Positions 53,441 to 62,650 of a stretch of DNA of 64,000 nucleotides are shown one piece after another. Within the stretch, counting starts at the first letter, position 1. Each line of letters starts with the position of its first letter. The stretch is from Methanoculleus sp. (lineage in GTDB: Archaea; Halobacteriota; Methanomicrobia; Methanomicrobiales; Methanoculleaceae), in assembly GCA_036794525.1 (NCBI GenBank), contig DAIRGM010000009.1, positions 779 to 64,778 on the forward strand, given 5' to 3'. Both the position numbers and the translations under genes were made by a program. The notes under the pieces are model-generated. The model was not told where the DNA came from and did no database searches. It saw only the letters and a list, made by a program, of their open reading frames with translations.

Positions 53441-54700
53441 ATGGCCTATATGGACGGAATAACCTGTATCTGCGACAACGGCCGGACACTCGAGGACCAC
53501 CGGCCCATCGTCGGCGACGATGTCATCTCCGGGATCTACCGCAAGGCGGCGGCGCTCCAGGGGAAACGGGTCCTTCACGTGAACTCGACCTACCAGAGCG
53601 GCGGCGTGGCGGAGATGATCCTCTCGCTCGTTCCGCTCATGAACGACGTCGGGATCCGGACGCAGTGGAATATCCTGACCGGCGAGGGGGACTTCTTCGT
53701 CATCACGAAGAACTTCCACAACGCGCTCCAGGGGCAGGCGATACCCTTCTCGGACGCCGAGAAGGATCTCTATCTCAGGACGAACGAGTGCTTCTCCGGG
53801 CAGATGACGATCGACCACGACCTCGTGGTCATCCACGACCCGCAGCCCTTGCCGCTGATCCGGTTCTACGAGAAGACCCAGCCCTGGGTCTGGCGGTGCC
53901 ACGTCGATCTCTCGAACCCCGATCCCGGTCTCTGGGAGTTCCTTAAGAACTTCGTTCTGGACTACGACCGGATGGTCATCTCGCACGATGAGTACCGGCG
54001 CCGCGGGATGCCGATGGAGCAGTGGATCTGCCGCCCGGCGATCGACCCCCTCTCGGAGAAGAACCGCGATCTCACCGACGCGGAGATCGCAGGCCTCCTT
54101 GAGAAGTACAACGTGCCAACGGACAAACCGCTGATCACCCAGATCTCGCGGTTCGACAAGTGGAAGGACCCCGAAGGCGTCGTCGACGTCTTCCTCCGGG
54201 TGCGCGAGCACGTCGACTGCAGGCTGGTCCTCTGCGGGAGCATGGCCCCCGACGACCCCGAAGGCTGGGAGATCTACCGGAGCGTCGAGGAGAAGGCGCG
54301 GGAGTTCATCGAGACGGGCGACGTCATCCTGATCACCGCCGAAGACCACCTGCTCGTCAACGCCCTGCAGCGGGTCTCGTGCGTCATCCTCCAGAAGTCG
54401 CTCCGCGAGGGGTTCGGCCTGACCGTCACCGAAGGGCTCTGGAAGGGGCGGCCGGTCATCGCGTCCCGGATCGGGGGGATACCGCTCCAGATCCAGGACG
54501 GCGAGACGGGGTTCCTCCTCGACCCGACCGATACCGACGGGTTTGCCTGGAGGGTCCGGGAGGTCCTCGAGAACCCGGAAATCGGGGAGCGGCTCGGCCG
54601 GGCGGGAAAAGAGTACGTCAGGCAGAACTTCCTGATCACCCGCCTCCTCTCCGACTACCTGGACATGCTGAGCGCGGAGCTCGGCGTTCTGAAGACCTGA
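53441..54700 (+). CDS. treT: trehalose glycosyltransferring synthase (TreT; GT4 family)
   Basis: ORF 53087..54700. Start at MAYMDGITC (ATG 53441). Long collinear similarity, from memory, to Thermococcales TreT: HVNST..GGVAE.L.SLVPL....GI...W.....EFF..TK.FHNALQG, HDPQP..LI.FYEK..PW.WRCH.DLS.P, DPLSEKN, ITQ.SRFD.WK, DDPEGW, REGFGLTVTE..WKG.PVI....GGI..QI.DGETGFL. Confidence 0.85.
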   Translation: MAYMDGITCICDNGRTLEDHRPIVGDDVISGIYRKAAALQGKRVLHVNSTYQSGGVAEMILSLVPLMNDVGIRTQWNILTGEGDFFVITKNFHNALQGQAIPFSDAEKDLYLRTNECFSGQMTIDHDLVVIHDPQPLPLIRFYEKTQPWVWRCHVDLSNPDPGLWEFLKNFVLDYDRMVISHDEYRRRGMPMEQWICRPAIDPLSEKNRDLTDAEIAGLLEKYNVPTDKPLITQISRFDKWKDPEGVVDVFLRVREHVDCRLVLCGSMAPDDPEGWEIYRSVEEKAREFIETGDVILITAEDHLLVNALQRVSCVILQKSLREGFGLTVTEGLWKGRPVIASRIGGIPLQIQDGETGFLLDPTDTDGFAWRVREVLENPEIGERLGRAGKEYVRQNFLITRLLSDYLDMLSAELGVLKT

Positions 54701-55240
54701 TCACAAAAGCGGACACTCACCTGCTCCGGGTGCGGCCGTGAAAGCGGCCCCGCGGCCACACCCGTTCGGCAGATCCGTGTGGATTTTTTCGGGGATCCGA
54801 ATTTTTTCAGAGGAGGCGCTTCGGGTCGGGTTGCCCGTCGCGCCCCCCGATGCAAGGGCAGACAGCAGAGGTGGCCGGTCGAACCCGGGCAGGAGTTTGC
54901 AGCACACCATTACTGAAGTATGGTATTTACGGGTCTTAGGGCAGATAATCCTCGAATCTTCTTCGATGGCGATGAGACTTCGGAAGACAAGAGATTGTAC
55001 CGTAACCTATTGACGCCACCACCCCCCGACGCTGTAGGATACGCATCTGTGTATATAACCGTTTCTCCCGGGCGGGGCGGGTGCCGCTACCCCGGAGAAT
55101 CCCCCGCACCTTCGCGTTTGCCGTGCGGCGCTCCCCCCGGTGCGTAGCGGACGATGCACCGGTCTCGGGAAAACCGTCCCGGCTCGATGACGGTTCTGCT
55201 CTGCAGCCCTTGCGGTGCAGCTCGAGTGTCCCTGGAGGTC

Positions 55241-56824
55241 CTACCGCCCGCCGGACGGATCGATGATCTCGATCGGCTGGGTCAGCCGGGCCCGTGAGAT
55301 CGTCTTCCCTTTCATCCCCTCGATGACCTGTTCGGCGGCCTCGACGGGCACGTCGACGGTGGAGTAGGTGTCGTAGATGTTGATCGCGCCGATGACGTTA
55401 CCCGGGATCCCGGTCTCCCCTGCTATCGCTCCGACGATATCCTTCGGCCGAATCTGGTCCTCCCTTCCGACCGGGATCCTGAGGAGGGCGAGCCCCCGGG
55501 CGGGCCTGATATCCTGCGGCTGGCCCTGGCCAGGCCCGCCGAGTTCCTGTTTCAGGAGGGCGGCGGCGACCTCGAGCGAGGTGTAGTTGTCGGCGACGAT
55601 CCGCTCGGCGAGGTTGATATATTTGTCGAGATCGCCCTCGTCGATGGTCTGATGCACCCGGTCGATGAGTTTCCTGGTCCGGCTCTCCTCGACGTCTCCC
55701 TGCGTCGGGAGCGGGATCCGGCCGATCTTGATCTTCGTGTAGTTCTGGATCGTCCGGAGCTTGAAGTACTCTTTCGGGCCGACGAACGTGACAGCCCGCC
55801 CGGTGCGTCCGGCCCGCGCCGTCCTCCCGATGCGGTGGATGTAGTAATCGATATCCTGCGGGACGTCGTAGTTGACGACCAGGTCGACGTCCTCGACGTC
55901 GATGCCCCGTGCGGCGACGTCCGTCGCGACCAGGATGTCGATGTTCCCGCCACGGAACTTCGCCATCACCCGGTCGCGCAGGGCCTGCTTCATGTCCCCG
56001 TGAAGCCCCTCGGCGAAGTAGCCGCGGGCCTGGAGGTGCGTGGTCAGGTCGTCGACGCCCCTTTTGGTGTTCGAGAAGATCAATGTCAGGTCGGGGTCGT
56101 ACATGTCGAGCAGCCGGGTGAGGACCTCGAGCCTTTCGCGGCCCCGCACCTCGAGGTAGAGTTGCTCGATCTGCGGGACGGTCACTTCCTTGCGCGCGAC
56201 CGAGATGAACTCGGGGTCTTTCTGGAACCTCTTCGAGATCTCTAAGATGGGTTTCGGGAGGGTGGCCGAGAAGAGGACCGTCTGGCGGTCACGCGGGGTT
56301 TCGTCGAGGATCTTCTCGATGTCTTCCCGGAAGCCCATGTCCAGCATCTGGTCGGCCTCGTCGAGGACGACGAGTTTCACCCCGCCAAACGAGAGCGTCC
56401 CGCGGTCGAGGTGGTCGAGCACCCGACCGGGTGTCCCGACGACGATCTGGACGCCGCGTTCCAGCGCCCGGAACTGCCGGTCGATCGGCTGGCCGCCGTA
56501 GATCGGGAGGATGTTGATGCCCCGGTGGTATTTCGCGAGGCGGGCAAACTCTTCGGCAGTCTGGATGGCGAGTTCCCGGGTGGGGGAGAGGACGAGGACC
56601 TGTGTCTCCCGGCTCTCGGTGTCGACGCGCTCGATCGCCGGGACGCCGAACGCCGCCGTCTTCCCTGTTCCCGTCTGTGCCTGGCCGGTCACATCGCGGC
56701 CGTCGAGTATCGCCGGTATGGTGCTGGTCTGGATGGGTGTGGGCTCTTCAAACCCCATATCTTCTATGGCGCGGAGTGCTTCTGGCGAGATATTGAGTTC
56801 CTGGAAGGTAATATTCTTCTCCAT
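55241..56824 (-). CDS. DEAD-box ATP-dependent RNA helicase with DbpA-type C-terminal RNA-binding domain
   Basis: ORF 55241..56878. Start at MEKNITFQEL (ATG 56824). Q motif, AQTGTGKT, PTRELA, DEAD, SAT, HRIGRTARAG. C-terminal ..IGAI.....I....IG.I.I.D.YS.V.V.. Confidence 0.92.
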   Translation of the reverse strand: MEKNITFQELNISPEALRAIEDMGFEEPTPIQTSTIPAILDGRDVTGQAQTGTGKTAAFGVPAIERVDTESRETQVLVLSPTRELAIQTAEEFARLAKYHRGINILPIYGGQPIDRQFRALERGVQIVVGTPGRVLDHLDRGTLSFGGVKLVVLDEADQMLDMGFREDIEKILDETPRDRQTVLFSATLPKPILEISKRFQKDPEFISVARKEVTVPQIEQLYLEVRGRERLEVLTRLLDMYDPDLTLIFSNTKRGVDDLTTHLQARGYFAEGLHGDMKQALRDRVMAKFRGGNIDILVATDVAARGIDVEDVDLVVNYDVPQDIDYYIHRIGRTARAGRTGRAVTFVGPKEYFKLRTIQNYTKIKIGRIPLPTQGDVEESRTRKLIDRVHQTIDEGDLDKYINLAERIVADNYTSLEVAAALLKQELGGPGQGQPQDIRPARGLALLRIPVGREDQIRPKDIVGAIAGETGIPGNVIGAINIYDTYSTVDVPVEAAEQVIEGMKGKTISRARLTQPIEIIDPSGGR

Positions 56825-56909
56825 TCTCCAACCTCTTGGTGTTGCTACCTCTTTATATGTCGCATCCTCCACCCGCAAAGATATCCGTCAGCGCGGCAAA
56901 CCTCGGGTG

Positions 56910-57632
56910 ATGGACCGAGTGCCTTCTTCACCAGCGATGCGGGACGTGTATCGCCGTTACGCGCTCGAGCGCCCCGATCTCTCTGGCATCCTCCTGCCCG
57001 ACCTCCTGCCCCACGACGCCTGCGCCGTTGCATCCTGGAGACCCGGCCGCGTGAAGATGCTCTACGTCGCCGAGTCCCCGCCCTGGGCCGCCGGGCGGCG
57101 CGAGGTCGCGGAATCGGCCGATTGCCGGGACCCCGGCTACCCCTACTTCTGGAACGACCGCTACGACGCGCCGCACCGTCCCGGAGCCGCGCCCCTCTCC
57201 CGCGGGCTTGCGGAGAACCTCTTTTCGCTGCTCGGACTCGACGGCGGGTCGCGCCGGGAGAACCTCGCCCTCTTCTCCGGGAAGGGTCTCTATCTCGTCG
57301 ATACGGTACGGTGCGTCTTTCGGAAGAACCGGAAGGCGGCCATCCCGGCCGACCTCATCCGGATGAGCGCGAGAGATACCCTCGCGCCCGAGATTGCCGC
57401 CCTCGCCCCGGATTATGTCGTCGCCCTCGGGAACACGGCGACGACCGCCCTCCGGCATATCGAGCCCTACGCGAGCGCCCTCTCCGGCGCGGGGCGGGTC
57501 ACCAGCCCCTTTCCCGAGGTGATCTTCGAAGAGAGCCATCTCCTCTGCCTCCCCTACCCGGGCTGGCGCAACCGGCGGTACCTGGCCTCGATCGAGTCGG
57601 GGTTCGAGATCCTCCGGGATCTCGCGGGATAA
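56910..57632 (+). CDS. hypothetical protein, possibly uracil-DNA-glycosylase-superfamily fold
   Basis: Read from the 56511..57632 ORF, starting at ATG 56910 (or 56937). LYVAESPPW, LYLVDTVRC and VVALGNTA loosely resemble UDG motif positions (GE.PG / ..N.VKC / ..LG..A). This is a weak, memory-based call. Confidence 0.35.
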   Translation: MDRVPSSPAMRDVYRRYALERPDLSGILLPDLLPHDACAVASWRPGRVKMLYVAESPPWAAGRREVAESADCRDPGYPYFWNDRYDAPHRPGAAPLSRGLAENLFSLLGLDGGSRRENLALFSGKGLYLVDTVRCVFRKNRKAAIPADLIRMSARDTLAPEIAALAPDYVVALGNTATTALRHIEPYASALSGAGRVTSPFPEVIFEESHLLCLPYPGWRNRRYLASIESGFEILRDLAG

Positions 57633-57637
57633 CGGGG

Positions 57638-58327
57638 TTACTCCGCGAGTCTCTTCCTCCCCTCCTCGTAGAGCCGCTCCTTCTGCTCGCGGAGTTTCGC
57701 GGCCATCTCCTGCTCCTCGGGGCTCCCTTTGTCCTCTATCCGGATCTTCTGCGCCGCTTCCTGTATCTCGCGGGGGCTCAGGTACCCGGACGGCTTCACC
57801 TTCTCCCGGTCCTCGCGGTACTCCCCCTCGATCGTTTGGCGCCGCATCTCTGCGGCGGCCTGCCCGGCCTGTGTGCCTATCCGGATCTCCTTGCCGCGAT
57901 CCTCGGCCACCTTCTTCAGCCGCACCTCGAGGACGCCGTTCTTGAACGTGGCGGTCGCCCCTTCCTCGAGGACGTCGGTGGGGAGGGTGACCGTCCGGGA
58001 TATCGCTCCGTACCTCCGCTCCCGCATGTGGTACCCGACCTCGCGCTCCTCCTTTTCCTCCTCCCTCCGGGCGGTGACCCTGATCGTCCTCGCATCAAGG
58101 AGCCGGACGGATATCCCATCCCTATCGACGCCGGGGAGGTCGACAACGACCATGATCTCGTCCTCGCGCTCGACGACGTCGACCACCGCTCCGGTTCCCC
58201 CGAGCATGGGCACCTGCTGTGCGGCCCCTGCAAGCTGCCCCATCACCTCGGAGAACTGCTTCTGCATATCCCCTATCACCCGGTCGAATTCGCTCCGGAT
58301 CTCACCAGACGGTCTTCTCCATGCCAT
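57638..58327 (-). CDS. Hsp20/alpha-crystallin small heat-shock protein with about 90-aa charged C-terminal extension
   Basis: ORF 57638..58363. Start at MAWRRPSGE (ATG 58327). ACD core VVDVVEREDEIMVVVDLPGVDRDGISV...RERRYGAISRTVTLP..V....ATATFKNGVLEV.L.K. Followed by a Glu/Arg/Lys-rich tail. Confidence 0.85.
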   Translation of the reverse strand: MAWRRPSGEIRSEFDRVIGDMQKQFSEVMGQLAGAAQQVPMLGGTGAVVDVVEREDEIMVVVDLPGVDRDGISVRLLDARTIRVTARREEEKEEREVGYHMRERRYGAISRTVTLPTDVLEEGATATFKNGVLEVRLKKVAEDRGKEIRIGTQAGQAAAEMRRQTIEGEYREDREKVKPSGYLSPREIQEAAQKIRIEDKGSPEEQEMAAKLREQKERLYEEGRKRLAE

Positions 58328-58429
58328 GATTCCTACATCCTGCCTCACTGTCGATATCGGCATGCTCGACAGGGTGCGAGCACTTCATATAGGTTCCTGT
58401 GCCGGGGTAAAAAGAGAGAGGGGTGTCCG

Positions 58430-59002
58430 TCAGACCGGCGCGTCGGGTTTCTCCAGGACGTAGGAGACCGTCCCTTCCTCGAACCCCTCGCCGGCGCAGA
58501 CGAACCCGTTCTTCTCCAGCACCTTGATGGATGCCGTGAGGTCGGGGTAGATCGCCGCCTCGATCCGCCGGATGCCCGGGAGGGAGAAGAGCGCGGGGAC
58601 GAGGTGGCGGATCGCTTCGGTCGCATACCCCCGGCCCTGGAACTCGTCGAGCACCGAGCAGCCGATGAGGATCCGGTCTTCCGTCTCCTCGAGCGTCGGG
58701 GGCGTGGCGGTCCCCACGGTGCCGATGAGGACCCGTCCTTTTTCTGCCGGGTCGTCAAGCACCCAGTACCAGGTGGCGAAGAGGGGGTCGCCGCCTTCGG
58801 TCATCATCTGGATGAACGCCCCGAGCGTCTCGTCGTCGAGGAGCGACGGCGGCCACGACCCCGGGATCTCGGCATCGAGGAGGCGTCCAAGGTTCCGGCG
58901 GTCGTTACGGTCGCTCTCGAGGAGTTCGAGCGTTGCCGGGACCAGGTCCAGGCGCTCGGTGCGGATGCGGGTGGGTTTCATCGTAGTCACGGCCATAATC
59001 AT
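58430..59002 (-). CDS. GNAT-family N-acetyltransferase (RimJ/RimL-like)
   Basis: 190 aa. ..TERL.L.P.T.. start. ..V..EFQGRGYATEA....... acetyl-CoA-binding motif. ..S..VLEK.GF. Confidence 0.8.
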   Translation of the reverse strand: MIMAVTTMKPTRIRTERLDLVPATLELLESDRNDRRNLGRLLDAEIPGSWPPSLLDDETLGAFIQMMTEGGDPLFATWYWVLDDPAEKGRVLIGTVGTATPPTLEETEDRILIGCSVLDEFQGRGYATEAIRHLVPALFSLPGIRRIEAAIYPDLTASIKVLEKNGFVCAGEGFEEGTVSYVLEKPDAPV

Positions 59003-59219
59003 ATCGTTAGCCGCGGGATGGTTCTTATCTGTTGCGGATCCTCCCCGGGAGAGGCGCCCTGGCCCCGCTCACGCGCGAGGGTGGTGGAGCCCGGCAGAGG
59101 AGATTGCAGAATGCTCTGAATCGGGGTCTGGGTGCAGAACGTACTATAAAAAAACATATCCCGGCTGCCACCGAGTATATGGATCGACTGCCGCTTCCGA
59201 CCCCGGACGGAGATCCACC

Positions 59220-61394
59220 ATGACCGCACCCCTCCCGCTCGCAAAGACCGGCTTTATCCTGGCACTTGCCATCGTCTGTATCATCACGCTCGGAACCGCC
59301 TCCGCAGGCTGCACCGCTGCTCACGAACCGGTCAGGATCGGTGTCCTGCTGCCTTCAACCGGCCCGTCTGCCGTGCATTCGCTCGACGGCCTCGCCTGGG
59401 CGGTGGACGCGCTGAACCGGGAGGGCGGCCGGCCGGTCGAGCTCGTCTACCGCGACACGAGCACGGGGAATATCTCCGCATACGCGGAGGAACTTGCCGG
59501 GCGCAAGGATATCGACGTCATCATCGGCCCCGCGACAAGCGCGGAACTCATCGAGATCGCCCCCCTCGTCACGGCGAAGGGCAAACTCCTCATATCGCCG
59601 AGCGCCACCTCGGCCCTTGTCGCGGCCGAGTTCCGGGAGAACGATCTCGTCTGGCGGACCTGCTCCGGCGATGGTGAGCAGCTGAAAGCGATCTTCGGGT
59701 TCCTCTCCGGCTCCGGTATAGAGAACGTCTCCCTCGTCGCTGCGAATGACACCTACGGGGCGACGTTCGTCCGGCTCGCCCCGGCAGCGGCCACACGGTA
59801 CGGGATCCGGCTCACCGGGGCGGCGTTCGTCGATGCACCGGATGATCTCGCGGCGGTTGCGGCACGGGTCGCCGGGGAGGAGCCCGATCTGGTCGTCGCC
59901 GCCGTCTATCCCGAGGAGGCCGCCGGGCTTGCGGATGCCCTCTCCCCCATCCCCCTCTTCCTCGCCGACGCTGGCCGTTCGCCCTACCTGATCGAGCGCC
60001 TGGGCGAACGCTCGGAGGGGATATCAGGTACGTCGCTTGCCCCCGACCCTTCGACCGGCTACGCGATCGCCTATGATGAGGTCTTCGGCGAGGAACCCCC
60101 GGCGTTTGCCGCACAGACCTACGACGCCCTCCTCCTCGCCGTCTACACCGCGGCCCGGCAGGAGGCGGCACCCGGCGAACCGCTCGCGGCCTCCCTCCGG
60201 TGGGTCGTCTCCGGCGACGGCATCATGAAGGGCTGGGACCCCCAGGAGGCGTCCGAGGCCGCGGGGATGATCCGTGCGGGCGCTCACCCGGCGGTCACCG
60301 GCGCCTCCGGCCCCCTCCGGTTCGGCGAGAACTCCGCCGCGGGACCGCTCGCCGGTTACTACACCCGCTGGACGGTCGAGGGCGGGGCGTTCTCTGAGAG
60401 CACCCCGGTCGCATCCGCGGAGGTCCCGGCGCGCCTCCCTGCTCTCTCCGGCACCGCCGGCGATAGACCCGTTGTCTGGATGGTCTATCCGCTCGCAAAG
60501 GGCGACCGGTCGTTTGCCGACTCGGCCTACCGGGGGCTCTTCCGGGCAGAGGAGGCGTTTGACTTCACCAAGCGGGAGTTCACCTACGCCGACCTCGCGC
60601 TCCTCGACGCGGTCTTCGCCGCCCGGAACTTCACCGAGAAACCCGACCTCGTCATCACCGAGGGGTTCCAGTTCACCGACGCCTCCCGTCGCTGGGCGGT
60701 AGCGAACCCCGATATCCGGTTCGTCACCCTCGAGCAGGAGGACTTCGGGCTCCCGAACGCCTGTGAAGCCGTGATGGTTCCCTACGGTGCCTCCTACCTT
60801 GCGGGCGTGATGGCGGCGAACATGACGGAGACAGGGAGGGTCGGCGCGGTCGCCGGCGCCCCGGTGGGGGTCATCGAGCCCTTCGTCGAGGGATTCCGCT
60901 CCGGGGCGGCGGCATACGATCCGGCCGTGAACGTGACGGTCCTCTACGTCGGCGAGTCCTTCGAGGGCTTCGGGATGCCGGGGCGTGCAGGCGACCTCGC
61001 CCGCGACCTCCGCAGCGGAGGCGCCGACGTCATCCTGATGATCGCGGGCTCCTCCAACACCGGGATCGTCGACGCCGTCCGGGAGGCCGGCGACGTCTCC
61101 CTCATCGGGGAGGACACCGACCAGTCCTACCTCGCCCCGAACCTGGTGGCCGCGTCGGTGGTGAAGAACATCGACGCGGTCGTCTACCGCGCGGTGGAGG
61201 ACGAGGTCACGGGCCGGTTCCGGGCCGGACAGGAGGTCTGGACGCTTGAAGACGGCGGGACCGGGCTCTTCGTCTCCCCGCGGTTCAGCCGGTACGCGGG
61301 GCTCGCCGCAGCGTGGCATGACCGGGCGGTCGCCGCGGAGGATGCGTATTTGAAGCCGGCGGCCGGCCGGGAAGACCCGGATCCGCCGGTCTGA
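59220..61394 (+). CDS. fused solute-binding lipoprotein: type-1 periplasmic-binding (LivK-like) domain plus BMP/PnrA-like domain
   Basis: Read from ORF 58572..61394, starting at MTAPLPLAKTGF (ATG 59220). Signal peptide with lipobox-like TASAGC. N-terminal half ..IGVLLP.TG......G...A.D.LN..GG...ELVY.DT.. C-terminal half ..GRVGAVAG.PV.VIEPFVEGF..GA........V.V.YVG.F......... and ..LIGEDTDQSYLAP..V.AS.VKN.D. Confidence 0.65.
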   Translation: MTAPLPLAKTGFILALAIVCIITLGTASAGCTAAHEPVRIGVLLPSTGPSAVHSLDGLAWAVDALNREGGRPVELVYRDTSTGNISAYAEELAGRKDIDVIIGPATSAELIEIAPLVTAKGKLLISPSATSALVAAEFRENDLVWRTCSGDGEQLKAIFGFLSGSGIENVSLVAANDTYGATFVRLAPAAATRYGIRLTGAAFVDAPDDLAAVAARVAGEEPDLVVAAVYPEEAAGLADALSPIPLFLADAGRSPYLIERLGERSEGISGTSLAPDPSTGYAIAYDEVFGEEPPAFAAQTYDALLLAVYTAARQEAAPGEPLAASLRWVVSGDGIMKGWDPQEASEAAGMIRAGAHPAVTGASGPLRFGENSAAGPLAGYYTRWTVEGGAFSESTPVASAEVPARLPALSGTAGDRPVVWMVYPLAKGDRSFADSAYRGLFRAEEAFDFTKREFTYADLALLDAVFAARNFTEKPDLVITEGFQFTDASRRWAVANPDIRFVTLEQEDFGLPNACEAVMVPYGASYLAGVMAANMTETGRVGAVAGAPVGVIEPFVEGFRSGAAAYDPAVNVTVLYVGESFEGFGMPGRAGDLARDLRSGGADVILMIAGSSNTGIVDAVREAGDVSLIGEDTDQSYLAPNLVAASVVKNIDAVVYRAVEDEVTGRFRAGQEVWTLEDGGTGLFVSPRFSRYAGLAAAWHDRAVAAEDAYLKPAAGREDPDPPV

Positions 61395-61439
61395 TATCCT
61401 CGCACGGCGATACCTGTATGTTGCGCCGCGTGCGCACGG

Positions 61440-61826
61440 GTGATCGAAACGACCTGGCAGGACTTTGCTATCACCGGTATCACGGTGCTCTTCGCGGTCA
61501 TGCTCCTTCCGCAGCTCCGCGACGTGATGACACGCGGCACCGTGCTGAACTTCTTCACGGCGCTCGCGACGAGCCTCCTCGGCTACCTGCTGGCCCTGGT
61601 CTTTACGACCCTCGGCCTCTGGCTCTCGGCCTTCGGCCAGGGCCTCGGCGCGACCGTCTGGATGCTGCTCGCCTGCTTCTCGCTCCGGAACGTCCGCGAC
61701 CATGCGTTCCCGGAAGAGACGCTTCTATCCGTCGCCCTGGACATCGGGACGGTCTGGCTCCAGGGGGTGGCCTTCACCGTTGCGGGGGGCGTGAAGGAGT
61801 TCTTCTCGCGGAAGAACCGGGGCTGA
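61440..61826 (+). CDS. small integral membrane protein (about 4 TM), function unknown
   Basis: 128 aa, hydrophobic segments. Immediately follows the binding-protein gene. Confidence 0.45.
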   Translation: MIETTWQDFAITGITVLFAVMLLPQLRDVMTRGTVLNFFTALATSLLGYLLALVFTTLGLWLSAFGQGLGATVWMLLACFSLRNVRDHAFPEETLLSVALDIGTVWLQGVAFTVAGGVKEFFSRKNRG

Positions 61827-61862
61827 CGGCAGATATAAATCAGGCCGGAATGATGAGCAGGT

Positions 61863-62462
61863 ATGGACTTCAAAGACTGCGTGCAGCAGCGCTACGCGAC
61901 GAAGCGGTTTGACGGCAAGCCGATCCCCGATGCGGCCGTCAGGGAACTCCTGGAACTGGTCCGCCTGGCCCCCTCGGCGCTCAACCTCCAGCCCTGGCGG
62001 ATCCGGGTGGTCTCGGACCCGACCCAGAAGGAGACCTTGAAGCCGGCGGCCTTCGGCCAGGAGCAGATCACGACCTGCTCGCACCTTCTGGTATTCTGCG
62101 CAGACCCCGATTATGACGGGCTGATCCGGCGGCTCGATGCCCTGCTGAAGACGAACGGCGTCCCCGAAGAGACGCGTAGCGCCATCGTGGAGATGGCCGC
62201 CCGGTTTGCCGATGCGATGACGCCCGAGCAGCGGCTCGCCTGGTCCCAGGCCCAGACCTATCTCGCCCTGGGCAACGCCCTGCACGGGGCGAAGTCGCTC
62301 GGGTTCGATTCGTGCCCGATGACCGGGTTCGACCCCGCGGCGTTCAGCCGGATCCTGGCGATCCCCGCCCCGCTCGTGCCGGTCATCCTCTGCCCGGTCG
62401 GCTACGCCGCGGACAGCCCGGGACCGAAGATCCGGTTGCCGCTCGAGGAGATCCTGGTCTGA
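61863..62462 (+). CDS. nitroreductase-family NAD(P)H-flavin oxidoreductase
   Basis: 199 aa. ..RYATKRFD.K.I........L.E..RLAPSA.NLQPWR..V. is the canonical nitroreductase N-terminus. Confidence 0.88.
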   Translation: MDFKDCVQQRYATKRFDGKPIPDAAVRELLELVRLAPSALNLQPWRIRVVSDPTQKETLKPAAFGQEQITTCSHLLVFCADPDYDGLIRRLDALLKTNGVPEETRSAIVEMAARFADAMTPEQRLAWSQAQTYLALGNALHGAKSLGFDSCPMTGFDPAAFSRILAIPAPLVPVILCPVGYAADSPGPKIRLPLEEILV

Positions 62463-62650
62463 GCCGGGGGTCTCCGGGCCGGAGATTCATGAGCGTGGAG
62501 GACGATGGCTCCAGCGCTGAAACGTTCGCCGCTCGTGAAGAGCCGGTCACAACGGCACACTCTGGATCGACGATTGCACCATGAGATGGCGTAGCATTAC
62601 CTTTTTAAGCACCGGGGTCCAGTAGCGTTTCGTATTCAGGTGAGCGGGCC

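Noticed and set aside
54701-55240. SRP RNA or RNase P RNA in the long convergent spacer
   Set aside because: I found neither the SRP domain-IV GGAA/GNAR motifs nor the RNase P conserved CR-I/CR-V strings (for example GGAAAGUCCGGGC-like) on either strand.
56411-59119. 902-aa ORF on the plus strand
   Set aside because: It runs antisense through the DEAD-box helicase, out of frame through the 56910 gene, and antisense through Hsp20 and GNAT. The sequence is low-complexity and R/P/L/G-rich. The opposite-strand and alternative-frame genes have clear family motifs.
58572-59219. N-terminal 216 codons of the 940-aa ORF 58572..61394
   Set aside because: This part is antisense to the GNAT gene. The real protein begins with a signal peptide and lipobox at ATG 59220.
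60024-61703. 559-aa minus-strand ORF
   Set aside because: It is antisense to the solute-binding lipoprotein gene, is Arg/Gly/Pro-rich, and has no motifs.
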